Notes: a model not told the origin generated them from the sequence alone. A stretch of 64,000 bases of DNA from Gaiellaceae bacterium (GCA_036380355.1 DASVEW010000032.1:23-64022), one strand, 5' to 3'; counted from the stretch's first letter, positions 35,296-46,971 are shown. A program made the numbers and translations.

Positions 35296-36926
35296 GCCGC
35301 GAGATCGTCGAGGCAGTCCGCGAGCTGGAGCGCGACCGGAATCTCGAGAGCGGGATCCTGGTCGACGCCCTCCGCGACGGGCTGCTCGCCGCCTACAAGA
35401 AGACCCCGGGCTCGTACCGGCACGCCACCGTCGAGATCGACGATGCCGGCGACTTCCGCGTCTTCGCGATCCACATGCCCGAGGACCTCGAGGAGCGGCT
35501 GCTCGACGACGCCCGCGAGCATGCGCTCGAGGAGCTCGAGAAGATCGAGGAGGAGACGGGCGAGAAGCAGCACACGCTGATCACCGACGACGACCTCGAC
35601 ATCGACTGGGACCAGGTGCCCGAGGATCAGGTGAGCCGCGAGGACGTGACGCCCGAGAACTTCGGCCGCATCGCCGCGCAGACCGCGAAGCAGGTCATCC
35701 AGCAGCGGATCCGCGAGGCCGAGCGCCAGATCATGTACGAGGAGTACGTCGACCGCGTGAGCGAGGTCGTGACGGGCATCGTCCAGCAGGCCGGAGACCG
35801 GAACAACATCCTCGTCGACCTCGGCAAGGTCGAGGCGCTGCTCCCGCGCTCCGAGCAGGTCGACGGCGAGCGCTACGAGCAGGGCAGCCGGATCAAGGCC
35901 GTCATCACCGAGGTCCGCTCGGGGACGAAGGGCCCGCAGGTGATCCTGTCGCGGCGCGATCCCGAGCTGATCAAGACGCTCTTCGAGCTCGAGGTGCCCG
36001 AGATCGCCGACGGCCTCGTCGAGATCCGCGGGGTCGCCCGCGAGCCGGGGTACCGCTCGAAGATCGCGGTCGTCTCGCACGCCCAGGGCGTCGACCCCGT
36101 CGGCGCCTGCGTCGGCCCGAGAGGCTCGCGCGTCCGCATGGTCGTGTCGGAGCTTCGCGGCGAGAAGATCGACATCATCCCGTGGAACACGGAGCCGGCC
36201 CGCTTCCTCGCCAAGGCGTTGTCGCCGGCGCGGGTGCGGGAGGTCTACATCGACGACGAGACCAAGGAGGCGACGGTCATCGTCCCCGAGGACCAGCTGG
36301 CGCTCGCGATCGGCAAGGAGGGCCTGAACGCCCGCCTCGCCGCGCGCCTGACCGGCTGGAAGGTGGACATCCAGTCCGAGGCCGAGTTCGCGGCCGCGGA
36401 GGCGGAGGCCGCGTTCGGCGGCGGCGAGGCCGGGGAGGACTTCTCGGGCCGCTGCGCCGCCATCCTCTCGAACGCGAAGCGCTGCCCGAACGCCGCGATC
36501 CCCGGGACCCGCTTCTGCGGCATCCCCGCCCACGTCGCGCTCGCCGACCGCGAAGCCGCCGGCGAGACGATCGAGAGCGGCCAGGCCGTGCCGATCGGCG
36601 GAGCCCAGGAAGAGCTCCCGGCCGAGGGCGAAGCCGAGGAGGTCGTTGCGGAGGCCGACGTCACGGAGCTGCCGACGCCGGAGCCGAGCGAGGTTCCGTC
36701 CCCGGAGCCGAGCCCGATGCCAACCGGGCCGGAGGTGCCCGCGCCCGAGCCGGCGGAGGTGCCCGCGCCGGAGCCGTCGGAGGTTCCCGGCCCCGAGCCC
36801 GGAACCGTCCCGCCGATCCCGGCCGCGGCGGCCGAGCAGGGCCAGGAGGCCGAGACGGACACAGAGATTCCCGTCGCCGCCTCGGCCGAGACGGACGAGG
36901 AGAGGAACGACGCACGGACGGGGTGA
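35292..36926 (+). CDS. nusA: transcription termination/antitermination factor NusA with a long C-terminal extension
   Basis: N-terminal domain, S1 (ERYEQGSRIKAVI) and KH1/KH2 (GACVGPRGSRV, AIGKEGLNARLAARLTGWKVDI). Then about 180 extra residues. Confidence 0.95.
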   Translation: MSREIVEAVRELERDRNLESGILVDALRDGLLAAYKKTPGSYRHATVEIDDAGDFRVFAIHMPEDLEERLLDDAREHALEELEKIEEETGEKQHTLITDDDLDIDWDQVPEDQVSREDVTPENFGRIAAQTAKQVIQQRIREAERQIMYEEYVDRVSEVVTGIVQQAGDRNNILVDLGKVEALLPRSEQVDGERYEQGSRIKAVITEVRSGTKGPQVILSRRDPELIKTLFELEVPEIADGLVEIRGVAREPGYRSKIAVVSHAQGVDPVGACVGPRGSRVRMVVSELRGEKIDIIPWNTEPARFLAKALSPARVREVYIDDETKEATVIVPEDQLALAIGKEGLNARLAARLTGWKVDIQSEAEFAAAEAEAAFGGGEAGEDFSGRCAAILSNAKRCPNAAIPGTRFCGIPAHVALADREAAGETIESGQAVPIGGAQEELPAEGEAEEVVAEADVTELPTPEPSEVPSPEPSPMPTGPEVPAPEPAEVPAPEPSEVPGPEPGTVPPIPAAAAEQGQEAETDTEIPVAASAETDEERNDARTG

Positions 36927-37167
36927 GACACGCCACCGTCCGGTCCGGACGTGCATCGGCTGCGGCCGGCGGTCGCCGAAGGACGAGCTCCTCCGGTTCG
37001 TCGCCGTCGACGGCAGCGTGGTCTTCGACCGGACGGCGCCGGGCCGCGCCGCCTACACCTGCCGGCGCCTTTCGTGCTTCGAGCGGGCGGCGGCGCGCAA
37101 CGCCTTCAGCCGGACGCTCAGGACTCGCGTCCGGGTCGATCAGGGGCTTTCACGCCTCTACACTTGA
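36923..37167 (+). CDS. ylxR: YlxR/DUF448-family RNA-binding protein (start region apparently shifted by 1 nt)
   Basis: The frame from 36922 reads [22 protein letters not shown]...GRAAYTC, the DUF448 signature. It has no start codon. GTG 36923 (GTGA overlap with the nusA stop) is one frame off. Confidence 0.7.
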
Positions 37168-37176
37168 GGACTGACT

Positions 37177-39171
<1,995 letters not shown>

Positions 39172-39179
39172 CCGCGTCG

Positions 39180-39479
39180 GTGGGCGCCGGCTACGTCGGC
39201 ATCCTCAGCGTCGAGCTGCACTTCCCCGAGGCGGGGTCGCTCAAGGGCAAGCGGCGCTACGTCAAGTCCGCGAAGGCGCAGCTCCAGAACCGCTTCGGAG
39301 CGTCGGTGGCTGAGGTGGACCACCACGAGCTCTGGCAGCGGAGCCGCCTGACCGTCGCCTGCGTGGCGAGGGGGCACCGCGAGGCGGAGACCCTGCTCGA
39401 GGAGGCGGTTCGCTATCTCAACGGGCAGGAATACGACGTCGTGCGCGTGGAGCGGGAGGTGGTGGTTCCCGATGAGTGA
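39180..39479 (+). CDS. DUF503-family protein (YlxP-like)
   Basis: GTG 39180. Contains ILSVELHFPEAGSLKGKR. Conserved position between infB and rbfA. Confidence 0.75.
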   Translation: MGAGYVGILSVELHFPEAGSLKGKRRYVKSAKAQLQNRFGASVAEVDHHELWQRSRLTVACVARGHREAETLLEEAVRYLNGQEYDVVRVEREVVVPDE

Positions 39480-39825
39480 GCGGATGCGGCGCGTGAACGC
39501 GGCCGTCCGCGAGGTGCTCTCCGAGGCGGTCGGCGAGCTGAAGGACCCGCGAATCGGCTTCGTGACGATCACGGGGGTCGACACGTCGACCGACTTGCGC
39601 CAGGCGGTCGTCTACGTCAGCGTGCTCGGCTCCGAGAAGAAGCGGGAGAAGACGATCGACGGGCTGCAGGCGGCGCACGGCATCCTCCAGGGCCGGATCG
39701 CCCGGGAGCTGCGAATGAAGCGGACCCCCCAGCTGACCTTCGAATACGATCCTTCCGTCGAGCGCGGAGTGCGCATGACGCAACTGATCGATGAGCTCGA
39801 CCCCGGACCCGCATCCGAAGAGTGA
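39472..39825 (+). CDS. rbfA: ribosome-binding factor A
   Basis: RVNAAVREVLSEAV...DPRIGFVTITGVDTSTDLRQAVVYVS. Confidence 0.9.
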   Translation: MSERMRRVNAAVREVLSEAVGELKDPRIGFVTITGVDTSTDLRQAVVYVSVLGSEKKREKTIDGLQAAHGILQGRIARELRMKRTPQLTFEYDPSVERGVRMTQLIDELDPGPASEE

Positions 39826-40810
39826 CGACCTGAAGGCGGTTGCCGACGCGATCCGCGAGCGCGACCGCTTCCTCCTGACGACGCACGAGAACCCCGACGG
39901 AGACGCGCTCGGCTCGCTCCTCGCCGCGAAGCAGCTGCTCGACGCGCTCGGCAAGGAGTCCGTCATGTTCCTCCCGGGCCAGGCGCCGCTGCCCGCCGAG
40001 TACAGGTTCATGCCGCTCGAGGAGGTGCGCCGGGAGTTGCCGGACGACGTCGAGGAACGCGTCCTCTTCGCGCTCGACTGCGCGAACGAGAGCCGGCTCG
40101 GCTCCGGCCGGGAGGCGATCGAGCGCGCGCCGCTCGTCCTCAACGTCGACCACCACCACGACAACTCGCGCTTCGGCGACGTGAACGTGGTCGTGCCCGA
40201 GGCCTCGTCGACCGGCGAGATCGTGCGCGACCTCGTCGACCTGCTGGGCGTCCAGCTCACGCCCGAGCTCGCGGAGTCGATCTACATCGCCCTCGTCACC
40301 GACACGGGCCGGTTCCAGTACGCGAACACGACGCCGAAGGCGCTCCGCCTGGCGGCCGAGCTGGTGGAGGCCGGAGCAGACGTCCACCGTGTGTTCCAGT
40401 CGATCTACGAGTCGGTGCAGCTGGCGAAGCTCAAGCTGCTCGCGCGGGCGCTCGAGCGGGCCCAGGTCTACGAGGGCGGCGGGATCGTCGTCTCGTACCT
40501 CCTGAAGACCGACTTCGCCGAGGTCGGCGCGGCCGAGCCGTACTCCGAAGGGATCATCGACTTCCTCCGCGCGGTCGAGGGCGCCGACATGGCCGCGCTG
40601 ATCCGCGAGCCGCCCGCGCCCGGCCGCCCTGCGCGCCGCGTCAGCCTGCGCTCGAGCTCGGACGAGCTCGACGTCTCCGCGATCGCGCGGGCCTCGGGCG
40701 ACGGGGGAGGCCACCGGCAGGCGGCCGGCTTCTCGTCCGAGCAGGAGATCCCGGAGATCGTGGACTTCATTCGCACGCAGTACGCAACGGCGAAGGACGG
40801 ACGATCGTGA
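39791..40810 (+). CDS. nrnA: DHH-family phosphoesterase (NrnA-type oligoribonuclease/pAp phosphatase)
   Basis: Contains HENPDGDALGS, DHH (VDHHHDN) and the DHHA1 GGGH motif (GDGGGHRQAAG). Confidence 0.8.
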   Translation: MSSTPDPHPKSDDLKAVADAIRERDRFLLTTHENPDGDALGSLLAAKQLLDALGKESVMFLPGQAPLPAEYRFMPLEEVRRELPDDVEERVLFALDCANESRLGSGREAIERAPLVLNVDHHHDNSRFGDVNVVVPEASSTGEIVRDLVDLLGVQLTPELAESIYIALVTDTGRFQYANTTPKALRLAAELVEAGADVHRVFQSIYESVQLAKLKLLARALERAQVYEGGGIVVSYLLKTDFAEVGAAEPYSEGIIDFLRAVEGADMAALIREPPAPGRPARRVSLRSSSDELDVSAIARASGDGGGHRQAAGFSSEQEIPEIVDFIRTQYATAKDGRS

Positions 40811-40852
40811 CCTCGGCCCTCTGGCGGGAGCCGGGCCGGCCAGAGGGTCGAG

Positions 40853-41506
40853 GTGCCGCCGCGCGGGCTTGATCCGTCGGGGCTCGTCCTCTTCGACAAG
40901 CCGGCCGGGCCGTCGTCCTTCGCGATCGTCCGCGACCTGCGCGAACGGACGGGCGCCCGGGCCGGGCACGCGGGGACACTGGACCCGTTCGCGACCGGTC
41001 TCCTGCTCGTGCTGCTCGGGCGCTTCACGAAGGAGCAGAACCGCCTCGTCGGGCTCGACAAGCGCTACCTGACGGAGGTGGATCTCACGAAGCGGACCAC
41101 GACCGGCGACCCCGAGGGCGACGTCGTCGACGAGCACGCCGCTCCGACGCTCGCGGAGCTGGAGGAGCGGCTGGCGGCGCTGCGCGGCGAGGTCGAGCTG
41201 CGTGTTCCGGCCGCTTCGGCGGTCAAGATCGGCGGCGAGCGCGCCTACCGTCTCCACCGGCGCGGCGACGAGGTCGAGATGCCTGTCCGGCGCTCGACGG
41301 TGCACTCCCTCGACCTGGTCGGCTACGAGGACGGGATTGCGACGCTCGACCTGCTGGTCGGCTCGGGGACCTACGTGCGCTCGATCGCCGCCGAGCTGGG
41401 CGGGCACTGCCGGTCGCTCCGGCGCACCGAGGTGGGGCCGTTCCGCGTCGACGACGCCGACCCGACGCGGATCGTCCCGCCGGACGAGGCGCTGGCGGCG
41501 CTGTGA
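40853..41506 (+). CDS. truB: tRNA pseudouridine(55) synthase (short form, no PUA domain)
   Basis: GLVLFDKPAGPSS and catalytic GHAGTLDPFATG. 217 aa. Confidence 0.9.
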   Translation: MPPRGLDPSGLVLFDKPAGPSSFAIVRDLRERTGARAGHAGTLDPFATGLLLVLLGRFTKEQNRLVGLDKRYLTEVDLTKRTTTGDPEGDVVDEHAAPTLAELEERLAALRGEVELRVPAASAVKIGGERAYRLHRRGDEVEMPVRRSTVHSLDLVGYEDGIATLDLLVGSGTYVRSIAAELGGHCRSLRRTEVGPFRVDDADPTRIVPPDEALAAL

Positions 41507-42369
41507 AGGTCGCGAGCTCGCCGCAGGAGCTGGGAGCCGGCGACCGCGCCGTCGCGATCGGCACGTTCGACGGCGTTCACCTCGGCCACCGTCGGGTCCT
41601 CGAGGCGGCGCTCGCGGCCGGCCCGCAGGCTGCCGTCGTCACGTTCGACCCGCATCCGCGGGTCGCGCTCGGGCACCGCGTCGAGCTGATCACGACGCTG
41701 GAGCGCCGGCTCGAGCTGATCGCGGCGCTCGGCGTGCCGGAGACGCTCGTGGTGCCCTTCACGCCCGACCTCTCGCTCGCGACGCCGGAGGAGTTCGCCC
41801 GGTCCGTGCTCGAGCCGCTCGGGGCCCGTGTCGTCGTCGCCGGCGCCAACTTCCGCTTCGGGCGCGGCCGGTCCGGCGATCTCGACACGCTGGCGGGGCT
41901 CGGCTTCGACGCGCGGCCCGTCCCGCTCGTCGAAGGCGTCTCGTCGAGCCGGATCCGCCAGCTCGTCACCGCCGGGGAGGTCTGGCGGGCCGCGAAGATC
42001 CTCGGACGGCCGGTCGAGGTCGAGGGCACAGTGGTCGCGGGCGACGCGAGGGGCGGAACGCTCGGCTTCCCGACCGCGAACATCGCCGCGCCGTCCGATC
42101 TCCTCGTGCCCCCGTTCGGGATCTACGCCGGCGAGGCGCTCGGACATCGCGCGGCGACCTCGATCGGCGTCAACCCGCACTACGGCGGCGAGGAGCGCCG
42201 GATCGAGGCGTTCCTCCTCGACTACGAGGGGGATCTCTACGGCCGCCGGCTGGTCGTGGAGCTGTGGGAGCGGCTTCGCGAGGAGCGCGCCTTCGAGTCC
42301 GAGAGCGAGCTGATCGCGCAGATCGGAAAGGATGTCGAGGCGACCCGTGCGGCGGTCAAGCCTGTGTAA
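41503..42369 (+). CDS. ribF: bifunctional riboflavin kinase / FMN adenylyltransferase
   Basis: Contains IGTFDGVHLGH and FPTANI. C-terminal riboflavin kinase (LVVELWERLREERAF). Confidence 0.9.
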   Translation: MKVASSPQELGAGDRAVAIGTFDGVHLGHRRVLEAALAAGPQAAVVTFDPHPRVALGHRVELITTLERRLELIAALGVPETLVVPFTPDLSLATPEEFARSVLEPLGARVVVAGANFRFGRGRSGDLDTLAGLGFDARPVPLVEGVSSSRIRQLVTAGEVWRAAKILGRPVEVEGTVVAGDARGGTLGFPTANIAAPSDLLVPPFGIYAGEALGHRAATSIGVNPHYGGEERRIEAFLLDYEGDLYGRRLVVELWERLREERAFESESELIAQIGKDVEATRAAVKPV

Positions 42370-42419
42370 GACGGTCGGAAACGGCGCAAGTTTTTGCAAA
42401 TTGCGGAATCTCCCCTGGC

Positions 42420-42647
42420 ATGGGAGGCAACGACAGTGGCGGGCGGCCGCTCTCGCGCATCGAGCGCGTCCGCTGTCTCAACTGCAGCGCGTCGTACGTG
42501 AAGCCCGCGGGCGGGGGAACCGTCAGCGCCAATCCCGGCTGCCCGGAATGCGGGTACGTCGGGTGGGTGCTCGAGCAGGTGCCGGTCACCGAGGATGCCG
42601 GGCCGAGCCGCTCCTTCGTGGGTCGCCTGCGGCGCCGGACCGGCTGA
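42420..42647 (+). CDS. small zinc-ribbon protein, unknown function
   Basis: 75 aa with ATG start. Two CxxC pairs (CLNC...CPEC). Third codon positions are mostly G/C by eye. The 3' end overlaps the convergent ggt-like gene by about 60 nt. Confidence 0.5.
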   Translation: MGGNDSGGRPLSRIERVRCLNCSASYVKPAGGGTVSANPGCPECGYVGWVLEQVPVTEDAGPSRSFVGRLRRRTG

Positions 42648-43929
42648 CCGCGCTGACACCGCCGAAGTAATGGTGAAGCGCCGGCCAGGGTCGAACGGCA
42701 AAGCCCGCAGCCTCGAGGTCCTCCGGGACGTGGTCGGGGAAGCCGGGCTCGAGGTGGACGAGGTCGCCGACGGGATGAAGACGTGGCCGCTCCACGGCAT
42801 CCCGGGCGCTCAGGCCTTCGTCGAGCACGCCGGCGACGACCTGGACGAGCGCGCTGCGCAGCCGGGTCCCGCCCGCCGCGCCGAGGGCAAGCGCTAGGCC
42901 GTCGCCGTCGAAGGCGAGCGTGGGCGCCATCATGCTGGCCATCCGCTGCCCGGGGACGAGCTCGCCCACAAGGAGATCCGCCTCGCCGAGCATCGAGTTC
43001 AGATGGAGGTCCAGGCCGGACAACCAGTCGCCCGACCCGAGCCCCAGGCTCGTCGTGAGGACGACGGCGTTCCCGGCGCTGTCCACGACGGTCACGTTCG
43101 TCGTGTCGCCATGCCGGTCCGACTCTGAGAGCGCCCTGGCGAGCCGAATGGGGTCAGACCCCGTTAGGGACCTGTAAAGCGGCAGCGGGCTGGACAGGCC
43201 CCTTCGGCACACGAACTCGACGCCCTGGCGCGACGCCCGCCCCGGCTCGCCCCAGATCGGCTCGTACGAGCTGAGATCCTCAGGGGAAACGAGGCCGCCG
43301 CGCTCCTCCATCAGGGCGAGCAGCGCCGACTCGACGGTCGGGCTGCCGGCGCCCTCCCTGGCGATCGCCTCGAGCGCCGGCACGAGGCCCGGCTGCTCGA
43401 GCCGGTCTCCCTCGGCGAGGAGGCGGCCGTCCCGCCGGTAGATCCGCCCGCCCTCGCGCATGGTCATCACGGCCGCGAGCATCTCCAGGCACGCGGCGTG
43501 CGCCCGCGGAAACTCCGTTCCGTCGCGCGCCAGCCGCAGCGCAGGCTCCACGAGCCGCGCCCAGGGGAGGCTCCCGTCCCGCCGCCAGAGCTCGCCGAGG
43601 CCGGCGAGCACACCGGGCACGCCGCACGAGCCGATGCCGACCGCGTAGTGGACGAGCTCGGTGCCGAAGGGAACCTGCAGGTGCTCCAGCGGAACTCGCC
43701 GCTCGCCTCCGAGGCCCGGCACGGCGACGAAGAAGTCGAGCGTCCGCACCTCCCCGTCGGAGAGCACGATCGCGTGCCCGCCGCCCAGGAGGCCGGTCAT
43801 GACCGTTTCGGCCACGCAGGAGGCCAGGCAGGCCGCCACGGCCGCATCGGCTGCATTCCCGCCCTCCTCGAGGATCTCGACGCCGGCGTCGACGGTCGCG
43901 GGATGTCCCGCAGCCACGGCGGCTCTCAT
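42586..43929 (-). CDS. gamma-glutamyltransferase-family protein
   Basis: 447 aa. N-terminal [27 protein letters not shown], autoprocessing region [10 protein letters not shown] and C-terminal GGV...DPRRSG. Confidence 0.85.
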   Translation of the reverse strand: MRAAVAAGHPATVDAGVEILEEGGNAADAAVAACLASCVAETVMTGLLGGGHAIVLSDGEVRTLDFFVAVPGLGGERRVPLEHLQVPFGTELVHYAVGIGSCGVPGVLAGLGELWRRDGSLPWARLVEPALRLARDGTEFPRAHAACLEMLAAVMTMREGGRIYRRDGRLLAEGDRLEQPGLVPALEAIAREGAGSPTVESALLALMEERGGLVSPEDLSSYEPIWGEPGRASRQGVEFVCRRGLSSPLPLYRSLTGSDPIRLARALSESDRHGDTTNVTVVDSAGNAVVLTTSLGLGSGDWLSGLDLHLNSMLGEADLLVGELVPGQRMASMMAPTLAFDGDGLALALGAAGGTRLRSALVQVVAGVLDEGLSARDAVERPRLHPVGDLVHLEPGFPDHVPEDLEAAGFAVRPWPALHHYFGGVSAVSRSGAAGDPRRSGSARHPR

Positions 43930-44026
43930 GCGTTGCTACCCTAACGGCGCCCGCAGACCCGGCTCGCCATGCAGCTTCCGCATGGCACGGCGGGGACTGC
44001 GGATTCGTCTAGAGGAGGTCAACAAG

Positions 44027-44296
44027 GTGACCCTCACCAAGGAAGCCAAGCAGGAGATCATCGGAAAGCATGGTCGCGCGGAGGCCGATACGGGCTCTGC
44101 CGAGGTGCAGATCGCCCTGCTCACCGCGCGCATCAACTACCTCACCGAGCATCTGCGCACCCACGCGAAGGATCACTACTCGCGCCGGGGGCTGCTCAAG
44201 CTCGTCGGTAAGCGCCGGCGGCTGCTCAACTACCTGCAGAAGAAGGATCTCGAGGGTTACCGGAATCTGATCAAGGAGCTCGGTCTGCGGAGATAG
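44027..44296 (+). CDS. rpsO: 30S ribosomal protein S15
   Basis: GTG 44027 after AGAGGAGG. Contains [34 protein letters not shown]. Confidence 0.95.
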   Translation: MTLTKEAKQEIIGKHGRAEADTGSAEVQIALLTARINYLTEHLRTHAKDHYSRRGLLKLVGKRRRLLNYLQKKDLEGYRNLIKELGLRR

Positions 44297-44311
44297 GCGC
44301 AGGGAGCAATC

Positions 44312-44408
44312 GGAGGGTGGAAGTTTGGGCGAGCCCTTCTGGGCACGCGGAGCCAGACTGCAGTCTGGCACCGCCGAACGGAAGAGCTGACCCAAACCTC
44401 CACTCTCC
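44312..44408 (+). promoter_or_regulatory. long imperfect hairpin in the rpsO-pnp intergenic leader
   Basis: GGAGGGTGGAAGTTTGGG (44312-29) pairs with CCCAAACCTCCACTCTCC (44391-408). The apex is the perfect palindrome CCAGACTGCAGTCTGG. Confidence 0.6.
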
Positions 44409-44426
44409 ACGAAGAGTGGAGGACAG

Positions 44427-46913
44427 ATGAGCATTGCAGTACAGGGCCCGACGCGCGTCTCGGTCGAGATCGGCGGACAGGAGCTCTCTTTCGAGACGGG
44501 GAAGCTGGCCAAGCAGGCCGACGGCGCCGTCGTCGTGCGCTCCGGCGACACGATGGTGCTGTCGACGGCCCAGGGCCGGATGGAGGCCCGCGAGGGCGCC
44601 GACTTCTTCCCCCTGACCGTCGACGTCGAGGAGCGGATGTACGCCGCGGGCAAGATCCCCGGCGGCTTCTTCAAGCGCGAGGGGCGCCCCACCGAGCGGG
44701 CGATCCTGACCGCGCGGATGATCGACCGCCCGATCCGGCCGCTGTGGCCGAAGGGCTACAAGAACGAGGTACAGGTGATCTGCACCGTCCTGTCGGCGGA
44801 CATGGTCGTCCCGCACGACATCCTCTGCATCAACGGCGCGTCGGCGGCGCTGATGATCTCGCCGCTGCCCTTCATGGGGCCGGTGGGAGCCGTCCGGATC
44901 GGCCAGCTGAACGGTGAGCTGACCCTCAACCCGACGCTCCAGGAGATCGAGGAGAGCACGCTCGACCTGATCGTCGTCGGCACGAAGGAGGGCCTGACGA
45001 TGGTCGAGGCCGGCGCGCAGGAGATCCCCGAGGACCTGCTCCTCGAGGCGCTCGAGCTCGCGCACGCCGAGATCATCAAGATCTGCGAGATCCAGGAGGA
45101 CCTCCGCGAGCAGGTCGGCAAGGCCAAGTGGCTCGATCGACAGCTCACCACCGAGCTCGAGGAGCGCTTCGGCGACCGGATCCGCGAGCGCATCCTGAGC
45201 GAGGGCCTCCGCGAGGGCGGCGCCATCGTCGAGGAGATCCTCCTCGAGGAGTGCCCGCCCCTCGAGATGAGCTCGAGCGAGGAGGACATCCTCCGCCAGC
45301 TCCAGCACAAGATGTCGCTGGACCTGCTCCTCGACAAGACCCGTCTGGCGGTCGTCGAGGCGCCGGTGAGGGAGCAGTTCGAGGACGACCTCCGGGCGCT
45401 CACCGAGGCGGAGCAGGACTCGAAGGAGCTGCGCTCCGCCAAGCGGGCGCTGCTCTTCGACCGGATCATCGAGACCGTGGAGCTGCCGTTCCCGATCGGG
45501 CCGGCCACCGTCGAGGGCGAGCGGCCGACCGTCAAGGACGGCCTCACGCGCCAGTTCGTCAAGCGCGCCGCCGAGGCGATCTACAAGCAGCTCGTCCGTC
45601 AGAAGATCGCCGTCGACAAGCGGCGGCCTGACGGGCGCGCCGCCGACGAGATCAGGCCGATCGAGTGCGAGGTCGGCGTCTCGCCCAGAACGCACGGATC
45701 TGCGCTCTTCACGCGCGGCCAGACGCAGATCATGTCGCTGCTCACGCTCGGCACGGCCAAGGAGGGTCAGCGGATCGACGACCTCTCCCTCGAGCAGGAG
45801 CGGCGCTTCATGCACCACTACAACTTCCCGCCCTACTCGGTCGGCGAGACCGGGTTCATGCGGGGCCCGAAGCGGCGTGACATCGGGCACGGCGCGCTCG
45901 CGCAGCGGGCACTCGAGCCGATCATCCCCGCGCCGGACGAGTTCCCGTACACGATCCGCATCGTGTCGGAGACGCTCGAGTCGAACGGCTCGTCGTCGAT
46001 GGGCTCCGTCTGCGCCTCGACGCTTGCGCTGATGGACGCCGGCGTGCCGATCAAGGCGCCGGTCGGCGGGATTGCGATGGGCCTCGTCAAGGAAGGCGAC
46101 GACTACGTGATCCTGACGGACATCCAGGGCGCGGAGGACCACCTCGGCGACATGGACTTCAAGGTCGCCGGCACCCGTGACGGCGTGACCGCGCTCCAGA
46201 TGGACATCAAGATCACCGGCGTCACGCAGGAGATCATGCGGAACGCGCTCGAGCAGGCGAAGCGGGCGCGGGACTTCATCCTCGACAAGATGCTGGAGGC
46301 GATTCCCGAGTCGCGCGAGCAGCTCAGGGATCACGCCCCGCGCATCTCGACGATCAAGATCAACCCGGAGTTCATCGGGATGGTCATCGGCAAGGGCGGC
46401 GAGACGATCCGCTCGCTCGAGGCCGAGTACGACGTCCAGATCGACATCGAGGAGGACGGCACGATCCTCGTCTACGCCACGGAGGGCAAGAACGCCGAGG
46501 CTGCGATGGCGGCGATCGACGCGCTGACGAAGGAGCCCGAGGTGGGGGACACCTACACGGGCAAGGTGGTTAAGACAACCCAGTTCGGCGCGTTCGTCGA
46601 GCTCAAGAAGGGCACCGACGGCCTGCTCCACGTCTCGAACGTCGGCCCGGGGCGAGTCGGCCACATCGAGGACGTGATCAACCGCGGAGACGTGCTCGAC
46701 GTCGTCGTGCAGGAGGTCGACAAGGAGCGGGGCCGCATCGGGCTCAAGCTGGTCGCCAAGCACGAGAACGGCGCGATGGTCTCGCCCGAGGAGCTGATCG
46801 AGCGCGCGAAGAACGCGCCAGAGCGGCCGCGCGAGGAGCGTCCTCCGCGCCGCGACGGCGGGCGGGGCGGCGGCCGTGGCGGCCGAGACCGCGAGCGCGG
46901 CAGGCGCGACTGA
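44427..46913 (+). CDS. pnp: polyribonucleotide nucleotidyltransferase (PNPase)
   Basis: Two RNase PH cores, KH (GKGGETIRSL) and S1 (GKVVKTTQFGAFVEL). Arg/Gly-rich C-terminal tail. 828 aa. Confidence 0.95.
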   Translation: MSIAVQGPTRVSVEIGGQELSFETGKLAKQADGAVVVRSGDTMVLSTAQGRMEAREGADFFPLTVDVEERMYAAGKIPGGFFKREGRPTERAILTARMIDRPIRPLWPKGYKNEVQVICTVLSADMVVPHDILCINGASAALMISPLPFMGPVGAVRIGQLNGELTLNPTLQEIEESTLDLIVVGTKEGLTMVEAGAQEIPEDLLLEALELAHAEIIKICEIQEDLREQVGKAKWLDRQLTTELEERFGDRIRERILSEGLREGGAIVEEILLEECPPLEMSSSEEDILRQLQHKMSLDLLLDKTRLAVVEAPVREQFEDDLRALTEAEQDSKELRSAKRALLFDRIIETVELPFPIGPATVEGERPTVKDGLTRQFVKRAAEAIYKQLVRQKIAVDKRRPDGRAADEIRPIECEVGVSPRTHGSALFTRGQTQIMSLLTLGTAKEGQRIDDLSLEQERRFMHHYNFPPYSVGETGFMRGPKRRDIGHGALAQRALEPIIPAPDEFPYTIRIVSETLESNGSSSMGSVCASTLALMDAGVPIKAPVGGIAMGLVKEGDDYVILTDIQGAEDHLGDMDFKVAGTRDGVTALQMDIKITGVTQEIMRNALEQAKRARDFILDKMLEAIPESREQLRDHAPRISTIKINPEFIGMVIGKGGETIRSLEAEYDVQIDIEEDGTILVYATEGKNAEAAMAAIDALTKEPEVGDTYTGKVVKTTQFGAFVELKKGTDGLLHVSNVGPGRVGHIEDVINRGDVLDVVVQEVDKERGRIGLKLVAKHENGAMVSPEELIERAKNAPERPREERPPRRDGGRGGGRGGRDRERGRRD

Positions 46914-46931
46914 GCGACTGACGTAGGAACC

Positions 46932-46957
46932 AGGAGGGCCGCGGGAGCGGCCCTCCT
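46932..46957 (+). terminator. strong GC hairpin after pnp (no U tract)
   Basis: AGGAGGGCCGC-GGGA-GCGGCCCTCCT, an 11-bp perfect stem. Confidence 0.45.
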
Positions 46958-46971
46958 ACTACGATCAGCCC

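Noticed and set aside
42586-42647. The convergent gene overlap as evidence that one of the two ORFs is spurious
   Set aside because: The ggt-like C-terminus (DPRRSG...) looks authentic. The zinc-ribbon core lies outside the overlap. Overlaps of this size occur in compact GC-rich genomes, so both genes are kept, the small one at low confidence.
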